64,000 bases of DNA, taken from Podarcis pityusensis (Eukaryota). A model generated the notes under the pieces. The model was not told the origin of the DNA and did no database searches. It worked only from the letters and a program-made list of their open reading frames with translations. The stretch lies in the NCBI GenBank assembly GCA_964106645.2, contig OZ067042.1; one strand, given 5' to 3'. The position numbers and the translations under genes are program-made. Below, piece by piece: positions 38,232 through 51,900 of this stretch; position 1 is the stretch's first letter, and every line of letters starts with the position of its first letter.

Positions 38232-40860
38232 TCCTGGTGTGCAGTCAGCCCCATGGATCAAATTCATGAACCTTGGATGGCATAGGCAGAGGAGCTGCCT
38301 GGGTATAGCCAGAGACACTGCAGGAGAGGTGGCGGCGTGGATTCTGGTGGGCAGCAACATGTGCTGTCTTGGATGAGATCCCTCAAGTTGACTCACCACT
38401 AGTCTAAGACCCCCTTCCCCAGTGGTGATAAAGTTGAATAATGCCTGGGAAGAAAGCGTGGGAAGACAACCATCACCCCTTTTCCACACCAGGGAATTTC
38501 CTATGCTACTCTCCACCTCCACGGATTTCCAGGACAGTCTCGGTCTGATTCTGCCCCATTATTCTTCTGCATCATGATTTCTGTGGGCAAGGGGTTTCTG
38601 AAAGTATGCAGCAGGGTCTTCCCCATTCCAGCAGCTAGATATCCCCATTGTGTAATCCTACACAGCCAGTCAAGCGTCACGGAGTGTTCTAGTGTCCCAT
38701 CAGATTGGTACTGCACTGGGGGATCCATAGATCTTAACTGGGAAGTACTGAATCACAAAAAGTGGTCTGAGAGGGGGGTGGGGGGTGGGAAATATGAAAG
38801 TACTACTCGGGATGAAAGACAAAAACTGAACCTGTCCCTAGCTACCAGCAGTAGTACTGACATCATTGTGTCCCCCCCCCCCTTGCCCAAAGTGCTCCTG
38901 AAACAAACTGAAAAAAGCCAAGAAATTCTGCTGTCTCATTCTTTATACAATCAATAAACCCAGAACCGACTGTGATTCATAGTCCTGACAAAAGGGTCCA
39001 ATGTCCATGGAACAAGCAATTTAAATCCCTCGTGGTTAATTATTAGATAGTTAATCAAATCTCATCATATTATAAACAATGTCCCTATCTGGATGGCAGC
39101 GGTCTGTTAAAATTCAGGAGCACACAACCTTAGGAAATGGGAAGTGAAGACCACCTTTCCACAATGGACAACTTTCTAACTCCCAATTCTGCCTTACACT
39201 GAGACACAGGGAAGGGCCAATGTGTGGTTCTACCACAGGGTGAAATAATTCCTTTCCTGCAAATTGGTGTTAATGGTAGGCTGTTGCAACAGTGTTCCCC
39301 TTTCTCAGGGTACTTTTATTTGTAAAGGTGGAGGGGGGCAGAGTTGAATTTCATAGATCAGTGCAGACACACAGGTTCTCAGAATTCACATCTGCTTTTG
39401 CTCCTTATCTAGTCCTGCTAAAGTAAGCCTAAGCTCATGGTTTGTCTTGCTTCAGACATGGGCCCAAGCTTAGCTTGAAGCAGCAGGCCCAGAGGAGCAA
39501 TCACAGTCTCTCCTCCTCTGTATGCCAAAGCATTTGTGCCAAGTCATGATTTGGCTTAGCTTTACTTGCGAGTCATTGTGTGAGATCCACAATGGCCTTT
39601 AGCAGCAGAAACAACATGACTATCTCTTACACAACCTCTGAATCTCTAAACTCCCCTTACCAGAGTCAGATAAAACCTCAAACGTTTTCTGAACTTCTGC
39701 TCCTCCTCAAGATACTGATTATTTTGGAAGGTTAACTTACCTGAGGAGCTGCCCTGCTTGTCATGAAGCTATGCAAATGGAGGCAAATGCCATAAGGGCA
39801 AGAAAATGATGCCCTTATGGCAACCTTGCAGCCTGGCCACTGTAGTCCATGTATTGATAAACGTGAGGTTGGATTACTGCAATGTGCTCTGTGTGGGGCT
39901 TCCCTTGGCCTCGTTCCGCCTGAACCCTTATAATCCCAGCTCAGTCACTAAGATCATTTGCAGGAGCGTTGTTGGTCATTCCCCAAATTGGTGGAGATCT
40001 GACAATAAGCATCTAAGCCTTTAGCGTCATCAGTCCAGCACTGTGGAATGTTCTGCCAATAAGGATTAACAGGTTCATGCAGGAAATCAAGAATACATCT
40101 TTCCGTAAAAGTTACCTCATTTCTGATTTTAACTTTTCACTATGGTTTTCGTTGTATGGTTTTATGTATAATTGTTGCAAACCACTCTGGTATATAATTT
40201 TTTTATATAAATTAATTACATAGAAACTTCACCCACTCTAATGACTTCTGTAGGACAGGATCCAGAACCTGACAACAATGAAATTTTGCTGTCAGGTGTA
40301 CGGAACTGCAGTGCTTGGTCACCTTGTGGTCGCTCTCTTAACCCCTGTTCTCAGAGATCCCTCCTGCCGCAATTGCAATATTGCTTTACCACTTTCCTCT
40401 ATGTACTTCAAAGAGGTAGTCTTCCACTCCAATCAAACTGAGGTGGGGTGAAGGGAGCCTGCAACACCCAATGTGCTCTCCCCCCCCCCCCGGCCCATTT
40501 CCTTTGGGAGCAGTTCAAAGTCTTGCCATGGCCTCTACAGGAAGAAGAGCCACAGTGATACGGAGTGGCTTCAGGGTTTATTTGAGAAGAGACCTTAACA
40601 GGGAGAGTGTTGCCCGATGGTGAGTGCCCCTTTAATTAAGCCCCTCCCCATCATTTGCTCCCCACAGACAAAACGGCATTACGACATCTGAGGAAAAAAC
40701 GCTGTGGAGCAAGTGGGAATAGGAGAAAAACAAGCAGAGGCTTCTTCATTTGATTGACCCATGTCCTTTAAGCGCTGGCAAGGATGCTGTTGCAATGTCT
40801 AAGTCTATGGATTGCGCAGGTCACAGGGCTCTGGGTCTTCCTGGCCCACAGTAGCTTGTT

Positions 40861-43800
40861 CTACAGGATATTCTTTGCAATTGCATTCAGGGTCCTCACT
40901 TTAGCCACATCGGCCACCTTGATGGAATATTCAGGTGTGGAGAGGTAGGCCCCCATGGTAGTGTAAGGGTTTCTAAAAGAATACCAACAAGTCTTTGGTT
41001 ACTGTCTGGAACCTGGACCTAGAAGAGCCGGAAAAAGAACCATCCTAAGTCCTACCCACTGGGCCATAATCTGCTGTCATGTTGCCATTTGGGCGCTACC
41101 TTAACCCATTGCATCTGCAACTATGAACTACAGACACAAGTCCATCCCTAATGCAACAATGCCTTGCTCCCAGCTAAATGCACCTGTCAGGTTCCAGTGC
41201 CCCAGATGTTCTTAGTCAAGTTACTACCCCAAACGGTGGAGATGGAAGCAAGGCTTGGGCCCCTCAGTAAGTCAGGACAGAAACTTGCTCAGTTACCTGA
41301 ACTTCATTCCTGAGTCTTTGACTGAGCGCGCTGAGCAGTGAAACTCAGAGGCGCCAGAGCCTTCTAAGATTCTCTGCAGGTTTCTCTCGGTTATGCCTCC
41401 CCCTGGTGAAGAGAACCCATCACTCAGTCACAAACATGAAGTTAAGCAGGAATAGACAGAGCTACATTCTGGGTCATTAAATAGATGGGGGAAATCCCTT
41501 TGCTCTGAACCAGGGGCTAATCTTTAGGGTCAATGCAGGCTGCACTCGCAGCTCTGAAGCAGGTAGAGCTCCTAAATATGCCTCTGGAAGGGAGCAGATG
41601 CCCATCAGGTATTATCTTATCAGTTTAGCTGCTGATTAGCACAAATGGCCCACTGCTTTTGTTTTGCCTGACAGTTAGTGATCACTCAGGAACACGATAA
41701 GGGAACATTAGTTAATGTTCCTTGATGCCTGGAAATCTTTGCCTTCATAATGCCATACCTATAAGACTTTAAGGAAAGGACAGATAGCTAGAAGCAAATT
41801 GAATTTGGATTGACAGAGGCAAAGAGTCTACAGCAGCAAGTTAAGCAGGTAGGAGTTGTGCGTGGGTGTCCACACTATTCCTTTAACCTAATGCAGTTTC
41901 AGCAGTTGTGACGTCCATCTATTTCTACTACACTCTGTCTGTTTTTATATCTGCAAATAAATAAATATTATAAAGATTAAATCTTTCATGCACTCTCATC
42001 CAAAGGGAATTGCACCCTAAAGCTCTGTTCCTGGACTTCTTGCCACTTGGGCAAGTGGGGCTGCCTAACAACATGCTTGGTTGGTGCTACAGTTCTGATC
42101 TACGCCAACAAGTGGTACTCACTGCAGAGTCTTACCTGGCACTACAACAATCCTGCCCTTAGCCTGAAAAGGAAGAGAAAAGGGGTTTAGTGGTCTTGCT
42201 TATTGCACAAAACACACCAAATGGGTAGCACATATATTCTGTTAAGGAAGATGTAGAATGTATTTATTTGCAATATTTAATTTCATTTTTTTATGCTGCT
42301 TTTCAAAGGGTTTGCTCCAAGTAATACTGTTACATTGAGTTTCTTACATGCTCCTCTAGGAAAGTATGCTCCCACACTTGTCTATCATTGTGTATATTTC
42401 ACCTCTGCAAAGTCAAACAACTGAGGATCTACCAAGTTTCACCTCCATCCTGGGACTGTTGAACTTCAGAAACTATATGCTGTCATATCAGTATCAGCAG
42501 GACTGCTTCAACTTCACCCCAGTTTTAGAGACTGGAAGCAACTTTAAAATAACTGAGTGACTCCTTCGTTGACTTTTTTGTCTGTTGTGAATTCTGCTGG
42601 ACAGGTGTGAGATATGGGTGTGCCATGCACATATTGTGTACTTAACAGAGAAGAAGGGAGCTAATTTATTGCAGTAGCCTAGGGGAATTCATGCAATACT
42701 GAAAGAAGCTATTGAATCAGAAGGTGCAAGGCACAGTTTCTGTATATTCAATGGGGAGGCCAGTTTTTACCCTTAATCGTTGAAAAACCCTCACCCATCT
42801 GAAGACCATGAAAGACTGCTAGCTGGCATTTCTCTGTCCCCACCACACTCTGTCCAGTTCCTTGGATAGCCCATTCTTAAGTAGGCAAGAAAAGTGTATC
42901 AGAGTTACAAATTTGGTAGAGATGACACCTCACCTGTTCTGTCAGTCGTTTTATCAAGGGCAGCCCCTCTAGAACAGAGCTGTCACAGCCACTAGTCAGG
43001 ACCCGTTCAAAGCCCATCGATATTAGCGTTTCCAAGGCTGCCAAAGGGTCATAGACCATGTCAAAAGCTGCTGAGAAAAATGGAGCATGTCAGTCTTTAC
43101 TGCCAAATCTTCTGGAAAGCAAATCTACTGACATATTCCAGGCTTTAGCCTAGTCCCAAATCCCTGGTAGACAGACCTAATATGCGCAATTCCCAGAGAA
43201 CATTCTCATAGTTCCCCCCACCAAGGTAAGGCCATTGTGCCTGAGCCTACGTCCTGCAAGTAGGCAGTCCGGCTTTCATTCCCCACTCCAAGCTCTGTAA
43301 GAAGAGTCTGCTGGATCTGTCCAATGGCCTATCCAGTCCAGCATCATGTTCTCACAGTGGCCAACCAGATGCCTGTGGGAAACCAGCAAGCAGAAACTCA
43401 CCTCTGTGGAAGGTGACTGGCAGAGGGCGGGAAGCAGCTGCAAAAAGAACAGATCCCGGATGGTTAGTATACCTTTGCTTAGGGATTGTCTTTGTGAAGG
43501 CAATGCTTCTGCTACTGGCCCTGGAAAGAAAGGAAACTTCTCCAGATGGTTCAACCAAGGTGGCTGTAGTCATCTGACACCATTTCTGAAATATGGATTC
43601 ATCATCCTTTCTCATTTCCACTAAGACTGCCCACTAGCTAGCTCTTCGAATGGCATTTCTTTTCACATTTTGTGTATCAAACCCCTCACACATGTTGGGC
43701 TTATGCACTTATTTAAAAAAGTAATCCTGGAGTAGACTGAAGATGTATCCACTCTTCCCTAGGTAGCCTGTGGAATAATCAGCCATGGAGTGAATGGATA

Positions 43801-46800
43801 TTGGCTTCTGGTTAAAACAGTTTAGCTGCTGTATTTCAGCTTGCCTCACAGAACTTTTGCCACCTTTCCTCCTCCTGTGTGCTGTTCTGGGGGGGGGGAC
43901 ATGTAGGAAGAGGACAGGCTTCACCCAGCTAGAGCCAATTTTGGGGGGGCATGCAGGGAGAAGACAGACTCCTCCTAGCAAGACTAATTCTTCTTCAGAA
44001 GATATACTGTCAGTTTCAGTTAAATAGAGAAAATAGCTAGTAATTATTTTCTTTGCATTTTTGAGGGTCCAGAAAAACCATACAATTATCATTCTTTCAA
44101 TAAAGTTTCCTATTCTTCTGGATAATTCTTCCTTCTGTGCAGAATTTATGGCTACCTATCACTCTCTCCATCAGATCTGCACAGTGCCCCTCCTTACACA
44201 CAAAGGTCATTCATCTCAACCATTACAGCATTTGGCTCCTGCTTTATCTGAATAATTCATTCATTTATGGAATGACCTATGGAATGTCCTCCCTCTAGAG
44301 CAGCCTTTGTCAAATTAGCTAGGGCTAATGGGAGTTATAGCCCCAAACATCTGGAGGATACCAGCTTGGTGTAGACTGCCCTAGGAGCACGACTGGTGCT
44401 AAAGCGCTGTTGTCATTTTGGCGTCAGGTGAAACTTCAATATTTCCCCAGCCTCTTTTTTGGGAGTGGGGAGTCAGAAGTTCCGTCACTTCTGCAACTGA
44501 AGCGACTGTAGCACCATGGCCGTTTCCCCCCTAATAAGCTCCATTTATATATGTTGTTATAAATTGTGCTGCATTGTTTTTATTCTGCTGTAACCCACCC
44601 TGGGATCATATGATGAAGGGTGGATTAGATGTTCTCCTATACTGTAAATTAATGAATGAATAGCTCAATATAGTGAGGCAGGCTCTAGTATCTCGTGGAT
44701 CTTGCCTCTTGCCTGTAGGAAATATTTCTTAATTTGAACCAAGGAATTATTAGCTGGTGGCACTGTACGACAATCACTACTCAAGCACCAAATAAGCCCT
44801 ATGAAAAGTAAAGCCTGCTCACCCAGCAGTGCTGTGCAGAGCTCTGTATCCACACGTCCATCCTCAGTCAAGGCTCCAAACACCAACCCATCAGCCCCAT
44901 GTTGCTTGGCAAGTCGGATGTCTGCCTTCATCACCTCCACTTCTCGGTCAGAATAGAGGAAATCCCCCCCACGGGGGCGGATCATCACAAATACAGGCAC
45001 CCTTGTACACTGCTTCACCACTTGCAAAAGGCCTGCAGACAAACATGTTTGGGACATGGTGTCAGCTATGTACTGGATTGTTCTATGAGATGGACAAGAA
45101 GTGAAACCTAGAACATGGTACGGAGGAACTTAGGAACATAGCAAGATGCCTTATACAAAGGGAGAACACTGAGCCATCTAGCTCAGTTCTGCCTATGTCT
45201 GGAGTAGCCAACAAGATGCCTTCCAGATGTTGGTGAACTACAACTCCAATCAACTGACTACTGACCATTTAGGCTGAGGCGAGTTGGAGTCCAACAACAC
45301 CTGGAGAGCCACACGTTCCCCATCCCAGAGCTAGACCATCAGCACTGGGTCTAGGAGAAGCAAGGGAGAAGAGAACAGGGCAGATGTCAAACCCTTTTTG
45401 CAGAATTTAGGAGAAGGGGCTGCTGAAGAAAGGAAGGTGAAATAGGGTGATTAAATAACAGCCTGTCTTGCAAAAAGACCAGGAGGTGCTGATGACACAG
45501 AAGAACACAAAAAGAGCAAGCAGAACAACAGGTATTTTCTTTCTGTTCCAGGAGCAGAGGGCCTAGAGGGCAGAGGTCCAAACATTTCTCCACATTGCTT
45601 GGCTGCTTAGTACTGCTACATCTTGCAAAGAAATGGTGGATTGGATCTTGGCTTGTATGTGCCAACTCACCTATAGTAGGTGTTGTTCCTCCTTCCATGA
45701 GGTTGGCACACAGTTCAAGGCGGCCAGCACCTGCAACAGGGTCACACATTAAACCTCTGAATATAAGTGGTTTGCAAGATTTTAACAGAGATCTACATTA
45801 TGAAGAAACCATGTGGGCCTTGCTATAATACAACAAGGGAAGTTCGCCCAGCTCCATCATTATATGTCTTTAGCTGCCAGGCAAAAACCTTCCTCTATAA
45901 GCAGGCCTTTGGCCTTTATCTGCGGCCATTTAGAAGTGGCTGGGATGTTTTTTAAAGTATTCCCTCCCTCCTCCCCTTGGTTTTAATGTATCTATGTTGG
46001 GTGTGTTAAGGTATGGGGGTGCTGTTTGTTTGTAAGTAGCAACTAACAAATTTAAGTAATAAATAAAATAAACCAATGGGTATGAGTGCTGGAAATTTTC
46101 GAGCCAAGAGTGAGATCGGTCACCTGTATTTAGCTTATCCACATAGACTTCAACCCCTACTCAGGCAGTAACTAAGAAAGAAAATCAATTAATAGGTGAT
46201 TTGTTTTATAAACAGAGCAGGACAACTTAAGTAGTTAAAGCAGCTAAAGACAAGGCAATTTGACATTTATTCATTTAAATTTGCAGTTTGCCCTACTCTC
46301 AAAGGCTAGAGTAATTGGGTTGCAGGCAATTAAAATATATAAATGCATATCCTGAATATATGTGTCACTAACCTAGATCAGAACTTTGGAAGTCTTTACT
46401 TATTGACCAATTTATAACATTTAATATCCTACCTTTCAAGCCTAAAAGGGTTCATAAAACAGTTTCACACTGCTTGGGGAAGTAAGTGTGCCTCTCTTTT
46501 CAATACATATAGCATGTGTACCCAGGTGTCCTGGCCTAGAAAGACCCCTCAATGATCCTTAAGTATTTTCATCTTCCATCTTTTATATGGAATTACCTCC
46601 TCTCTCTGCATTCACAGCAGACTCCACAGAATCAACACATACTTCCATGAGAAAGCCATTGGCCATTCCTAGAAGAGAAACACAACCAGAGGTTATGGGG
46701 CAATCAGGCTCTGTCTCAGAGAAAAGGGACAGACAGTGATTGAGAGAGGCATTTCCTTCCACCTCAAGCTCCAGCGCTTGTTTTGTCTTTTAACTGGCTT

Positions 46801-48680
46801 CTTTCATCTTGCTCACCCAAGCACATCCAGCTCTCAGAAACAGAAGCTTCATAGATTCCCCATCACCAGTAACCTTACAAAGCCTTAACCTGTCAGCAGC
46901 TGCTTTAAAGGGTACACACAATAAGAACAGAAAACTTGTATCACCATGCAAATTTAAAGAAGAAATCAAGCTTGATCTGTATCAGCTCAAAACAGGTACA
47001 GAAAAAACACATGGGAAGTTGAATGCTACTTTTGCTGTAACTTCTGATCCCCTTGCCTTCTTGCTCTCCCTGGATCTTGTTCTCTGTGTTGCATTGTCTG
47101 AACAGATCTGCCTGTCTATGTGTTTATATGTTTGTTTATTACCAAATAAGTCACTTTTCAGCCTTGTCTCCCAGAGTAGTATACAAAATTAAACAATAAA
47201 TACAGAATACCAAATAATTAACAAAAAAGCAACTGTGAAAGTGGCACATACAAAAATCAGCAGACTAAAAACCTGAAAATTCTAAAATATTTTAAAAGAC
47301 CTGTGCAATTAAAAAGTGTTTATCTGGCACCAAAAAAAAAAAAAAAAAAAAATCAGCACTAGGTGAACCTTCCAATGGAGAATTATAAACCTCCGCTATC
47401 CCAACACTTCATCAGCTTCATTACTTACAGGGGCACAGGAGAAATTACTTAAAGGGGCACAGGAGAAATTAATACACTGGCAAGTTTATTCAGTAGGTGG
47501 TCCTTAATGTAACTGCATCATTAAAAGAGACTCTTGAACCCGATTTCTGCAGATTAGCACAAATCTAAAGTGGAATAAGGGTTTGAAGGGGGGGGCTCCA
47601 ATTTGGAGGATTCAAGGATGGGTCACAGCTCAGTGGTAGTGCTTTGTATTCAGAAGGCCACAGGTTCATTTCCCAGTAAATCCAAGTAGGGCTACGTTGT
47701 TCCGTTTGAAACCCTGGAGAACTGCTGTCAAGTCAGTGCAAACAATACTGAACTAGATGGCTCTATGGTCTGACTCACTTTAAAGTAGCATTCTACCTTC
47801 CGAATAAAAAGCCTGCGCTGGTGATCCAGATTTTTTCTCCTTTCAGAATACTAAATTGAGTACGGCTGACTTCCCTTCCACCTTTCTCCAGATATTTCAG
47901 GATTCAGGTTCTCCAGCAGGAAGATGAAGTTGAGATGCATGGGAACAGCTGACAGCAAGACCAGCCTGTAACCTGCAGAGTCTCCCTTAGGCAAATGCAG
48001 AACTTACTCTAAAAACTCCAACAACAGATGGAACTTTGGCCAGTAACATAGTGCATTAAATGTGCATTCTGTAGTTGACGTCCTTTGTAATGTTTTGTTT
48101 TGAAATCTTCTAAGGTAAACTATGTCGCTTTGAAGGTACACTTTGTCTTTATTCTGTAATGTTTTACTCAGGATTGCTCTATTTGATGCTTCAATGTAGC
48201 TTGTAAAGCGCTTCAACTGCCCCCCCCTAAAAATTAAATAGAAATTAAAAAAATAAATACGCAAGCAAGCAAGCCCCACTGAGTGCAGGCAAGATTGCAG
48301 TCCTCAGGCCTATAGCTACAACCCTGCAGACGCTCACCTGAGAATAAGGACCCCTTTGGGCTCAAAGGCGTTTTACGCCTTAAACACATAAAGGCCTGAG
48401 CTGTAAAAATGCCAATAAAATCTTTCCCACTTGGTTTTGCTGAATGCACATAGCGGTCTTGAGTGTGCACAGGGCACCCCCCAGAACAACCCCATTAAAA
48501 TTTCTGGCTCCTCTTACACCTGTGGAGGGGGGAAAGGAGGGCTTGAAGCCGCCCGGATTTCCGGCCCCGGCCCCGCCCTCGGGATTCCTCGGGATCCCTG
48601 GCGCTTCCTTCCGGTCGTCCCTCCGCCCACTCACCCTCACACCCTTCTGCCAGGCCCTGCTTCCGGTCCCATCTCCTCAT
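40861..48680 (-). CDS. CUTC: Copper homeostasis protein CutC homolog, complete, 9 exons, 267 aa
   Basis: Exons 48635-48680, 46597-46668, 45671-45730, 44823-45032, 43402-43437, 42934-43067, 42136-42163, 41297-41402, 40861-40972 (TAG); sum 804 nt. Peptides GFLMEVCVDSVESAVNAERGGAGRLELC, VPVFVMIRPRGGDFLYSDRE, PVTFHRAFDMV, GFERVLTSG and VAKVRTLNAIAKNIL*. Exon 1 (MRRWDRKQGLAEGCE) is the least certain, although its phase matches exon 2. Confidence 0.95.
47617..47800 (+). mobile_element. Squam3-like SINE, degenerate
   Basis: CAGCTCAGTGGTAG head, CAGAAGGCCACAGGTTCA, and body ACAATACTGAACTAGATGGCTCTATGGTCTGACTC. Confidence 0.65.
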
Positions 48681-48939
48681 TCCGCCTCGGGGCCGCTCCG
48701 GAGGCGCGGCGGATGTCGGCAGTTCTGCGCCAAACCAGCCCTGAGGCGAGGAGAAAGCCCCGCCCACCCCTTGGGCCTCGGCTTCCGCGCGGCGGCGGCG
48801 CACACGCGAGAGGAGGCGCCGTCCTACCTGTCACGTGGCGTCGCGGTCACCAAGTGAGCGGCCGCGGCGTTTCCGGAAATAGCTCGGATTCCTTTCCGTG
48901 TCAAGAGCGAGTTGCTTCCGGGTTGCGGCTTGAGGAGCG
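48681..48939. promoter_or_regulatory. CUTC/COX15 bidirectional CpG-island promoter
   Basis: 259 bp between divergent ATGs; GC/CpG-rich. USF/CLEAR-like GTCACGTGGC at 48830-48839; ETS/GABP cores TTCCGGAA at 48871-48878 and CTTCCGG at 48915-48921. Confidence 0.85.
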
Positions 48940-51900
48940 ATGCTCTTGCGCGCGGCACTAAGAGGGTCTCGGCTGTTGCTGGCCCCACGAGGAACGGGGT
49001 CCCCCGGCCAGGTACTCTAGGGGCGGCGCTTGGTTTCCATAGCAACGGGGACCGGGTCAAAGATGCCTCTTTATCGGCCGAGGGTTGCAAAACGAAGCGA
49101 CCCCCTGCGGCTCCTCCTTTCTTAGCCTTGCGAGCAGGCTGAGTACCTGCCATCACGCTCTCTAAGAGACGCTGCTGGGGGAAATGCCAAGAGTTTCCGC
49201 CCTTATGTATCCTTTGCACTGTGGGAGGTGCTAATCAGTGCTACCTCATTTCCCCATAGAGTGGGGAACTCTAATTATGGGTGGATATTCAAGAAAACTA
49301 CAGACTCCATTGTCTGCACCTGTCACAACCAGGCACGTTAAAGGGAGCGGACTGAAGACTTGTTTCTCTAGGAGTTTCGGTGACTGCCAAAATATTTCGC
49401 TTGTATACCTACAGCAAGCCCTCAGCCTATGCGGGATTACATTCTGGGAATCATGCCTAAATCAAAATTCACATATAGTCAAAACACATTAGGTTCAATG
49501 GCAGGTGGCATTGCCAAAGTCTTTTTCCCTGGACGCTTGGCCTCTTTTTAATTATTTTTTATATTGCCAAGCGCGTATAGCTAAATGTGCACCAGTTAAA
49601 TGTGTAAGTTGCAGGCTTTCTCTCTCTTTATATATAACTTTAACAATAGGTGTAATGTTTCATAGTTTTAAGTATTTTAGTATAGGATTTTTTTTTAAAG
49701 GTTCTATACCATGAACTACTCTGATTCCACCTAGATGAAGAGTAGTGTATACATGTTTTAAACAAATAAAATAACGATTATGAATATAACATCACATTTT
49801 ATTACATGGTCACAGGCCCTGTAAAAACATGAACACTTTCTCCTCCATATGCTTTTAGTGTTTAAATAACATACTGGATCACACTTAGAGTCCATGGAGT
49901 TCAACCTCTTTTTGCTAATGGTGGCCAGCCAAATGCTTCTGCAGATTCCACAAGCAGGACACATAAGAACATATTGAAAATAAAAATAAGTTTTGCTGAG
50001 CATTTCAGTGAATAGCTGTTGACATTCCTGTTGTCCAGTTTTTTTGTGCTTGCACCACTGATGATCTGTTCCTTTATCCTTCTCCTTGTATTTTGTAGAA
50101 TAATGTCTGGCACTGAATACAACCTTTCTGATGTAGTGAACACAGGTGTGAACTCTTTACAGTAAAGAAAGTTCATTCATCTTGAGTAATGCTCCTCTTG
50201 CAAATATACGTTTAGTGGAGTGGCACTAATTATAAATAGCCTCCTCGCTACCTTCTCTGTCCTCAGCAATGTCAACGGTGGTGGCAGCTCCCACAGAGAT
50301 GGTCACAACACAGCGTAGTGTCAGAAGTTGCTTCCCATCCCAGAGTGGTGGTACCACCTGTCCCCAGTGCTGTGACCAACCGGGCTGTAGGGCGCTGGCT
50401 TCTAATATGCAGTGGTACTGTGGCCGGAGCTGTGGTGCTGGGTGGTGTCACTAGGTAAGGAAAATTAGCACCTCCTCTTCAAGCCTTTACTATATTTTAT
50501 TTACCCTTGACACTATGGTTCTCCAACTGTCATAGATTGTATCTTTCTGCAACCAGCAGAGATCTTCCTAGGGGCATTGCTTCCTCTTGCTCATGCCAGT
50601 GTGTGGGCCTAAACTAACTTCTGGTATCTCTCTGCCCTTTGAATGCCTGTGTCTACCCTTATTTTATAAATGCATTGTAGATAAACAATGCAGGCAGTAA
50701 AAGAAAGGTGGGATTAAAGGGTAACAAATAAAAAAGTTTTGTACTTACTGTCATAACAACCTTTTGAGGTATGGTAGTTAATTTAGACTGCTTCAGAATT
50801 TAAAAGGTGTGATTACATATATATTTGCATCTAATTGATCATCGGTATGTTTGTGTGTAGTCAGACTTTGCATCTGCATTGCCTCCAGTGTCTGAATTTT
50901 CCCATTGTGGCTTCATTCTGCTTTTTTAGATAGATGGATACACATGCACACACCATTATATCCCACATTGATAGCATCTTCCCTCAGTGGTGTGTCATTG
51001 CTGTTCTTTCCTTCTCAGGCTGACAGAGTCTGGGCTTTCAATGGTTGACTGGCATCTCGTGCGGGAGATGAAGCCTCCTCGGACACAGCAGGAGTGGGAA
51101 GCAGAATTCCAAAACTACCAGCAATTCCCAGAATTTAAAATGTAGGCATGGGTTGAGCTAAAGTTCCTAGAGACTAAATTTAAATTGGTGGTGGTGGGGG
51201 AAGCCTATTCTACTATCCCAGCAAAAGGGAAATGAGAAAAAAAAGAGTATCTTGGATGCTACTTCTTGATAGAACTTGTCATGGAAAGAGGGGAATGGGC
51301 AACTACACCTTACTGCAGGGTTTGTTGTTGTTTTATAAACCTTCTCTCTGAATCTAACAGCCTGAACCACAACATGACGCTGACAGAGTTCAAATTCATC
51401 TGGTACATGGAGTATTCACACCGAATGTGGGGACGGCTTGTTGGACTGGCTTACATCCTTCCAGCAGCTTACTTCTGGAGGAAGGGTTACCTCAACCGGT
51501 CCCTGAAGGGTCGTGTCGTTGCCCTCTGTGGACTTGTCTGCTTCCAGGTGGGAAAGATCACTGGGACCTTGAAATTGTTAAATGAATCATTAAATTACTC
51601 TGCCCAAGATAGCTGAGATAGAACATGAAAGGCATTGATCCTTTGCACGCTCCAGGAACTGATTTGTATGTGATCTTAGGTCTCTGGTGCACAGAAGCCC
51701 AGCAGAAGCTTCAGATCATGGTCCTTGGAGTGTTGTTAGATCTTAGTTCCTTGGAAGAGAATGTACATGGTATTGGCAGGAGCAAAAGTGGTCTTAGTTT
51801 CATGCCTCTATGGTACTTTTTCTTTGTTTTGGCAGGGCCTATTGGGCTGGTATATGGTAAAAAGTGGATTAGAGGAAAAGCCAGACTCTCATGACATCCC

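Noticed and set aside
41500-42070. Possible solo LTR in CUTC intron 7 (AATAAA at ~41956, ends CTAACA)
   Set aside because: Could not identify a matching TG start or target-site duplication; needs a repeat-library search.
47617-47690. Possible tRNA genes (also near 3090-3160, 23890-23960, 53670-53745)
   Set aside because: Degenerate tRNA-derived SINE heads that continue into SINE bodies; no intact cloverleaf.
48380-49219. Several overlapping Arg/Pro/Gly-rich ORFs
   Set aside because: Stop-poor CpG island of the CUTC/COX15 promoter.
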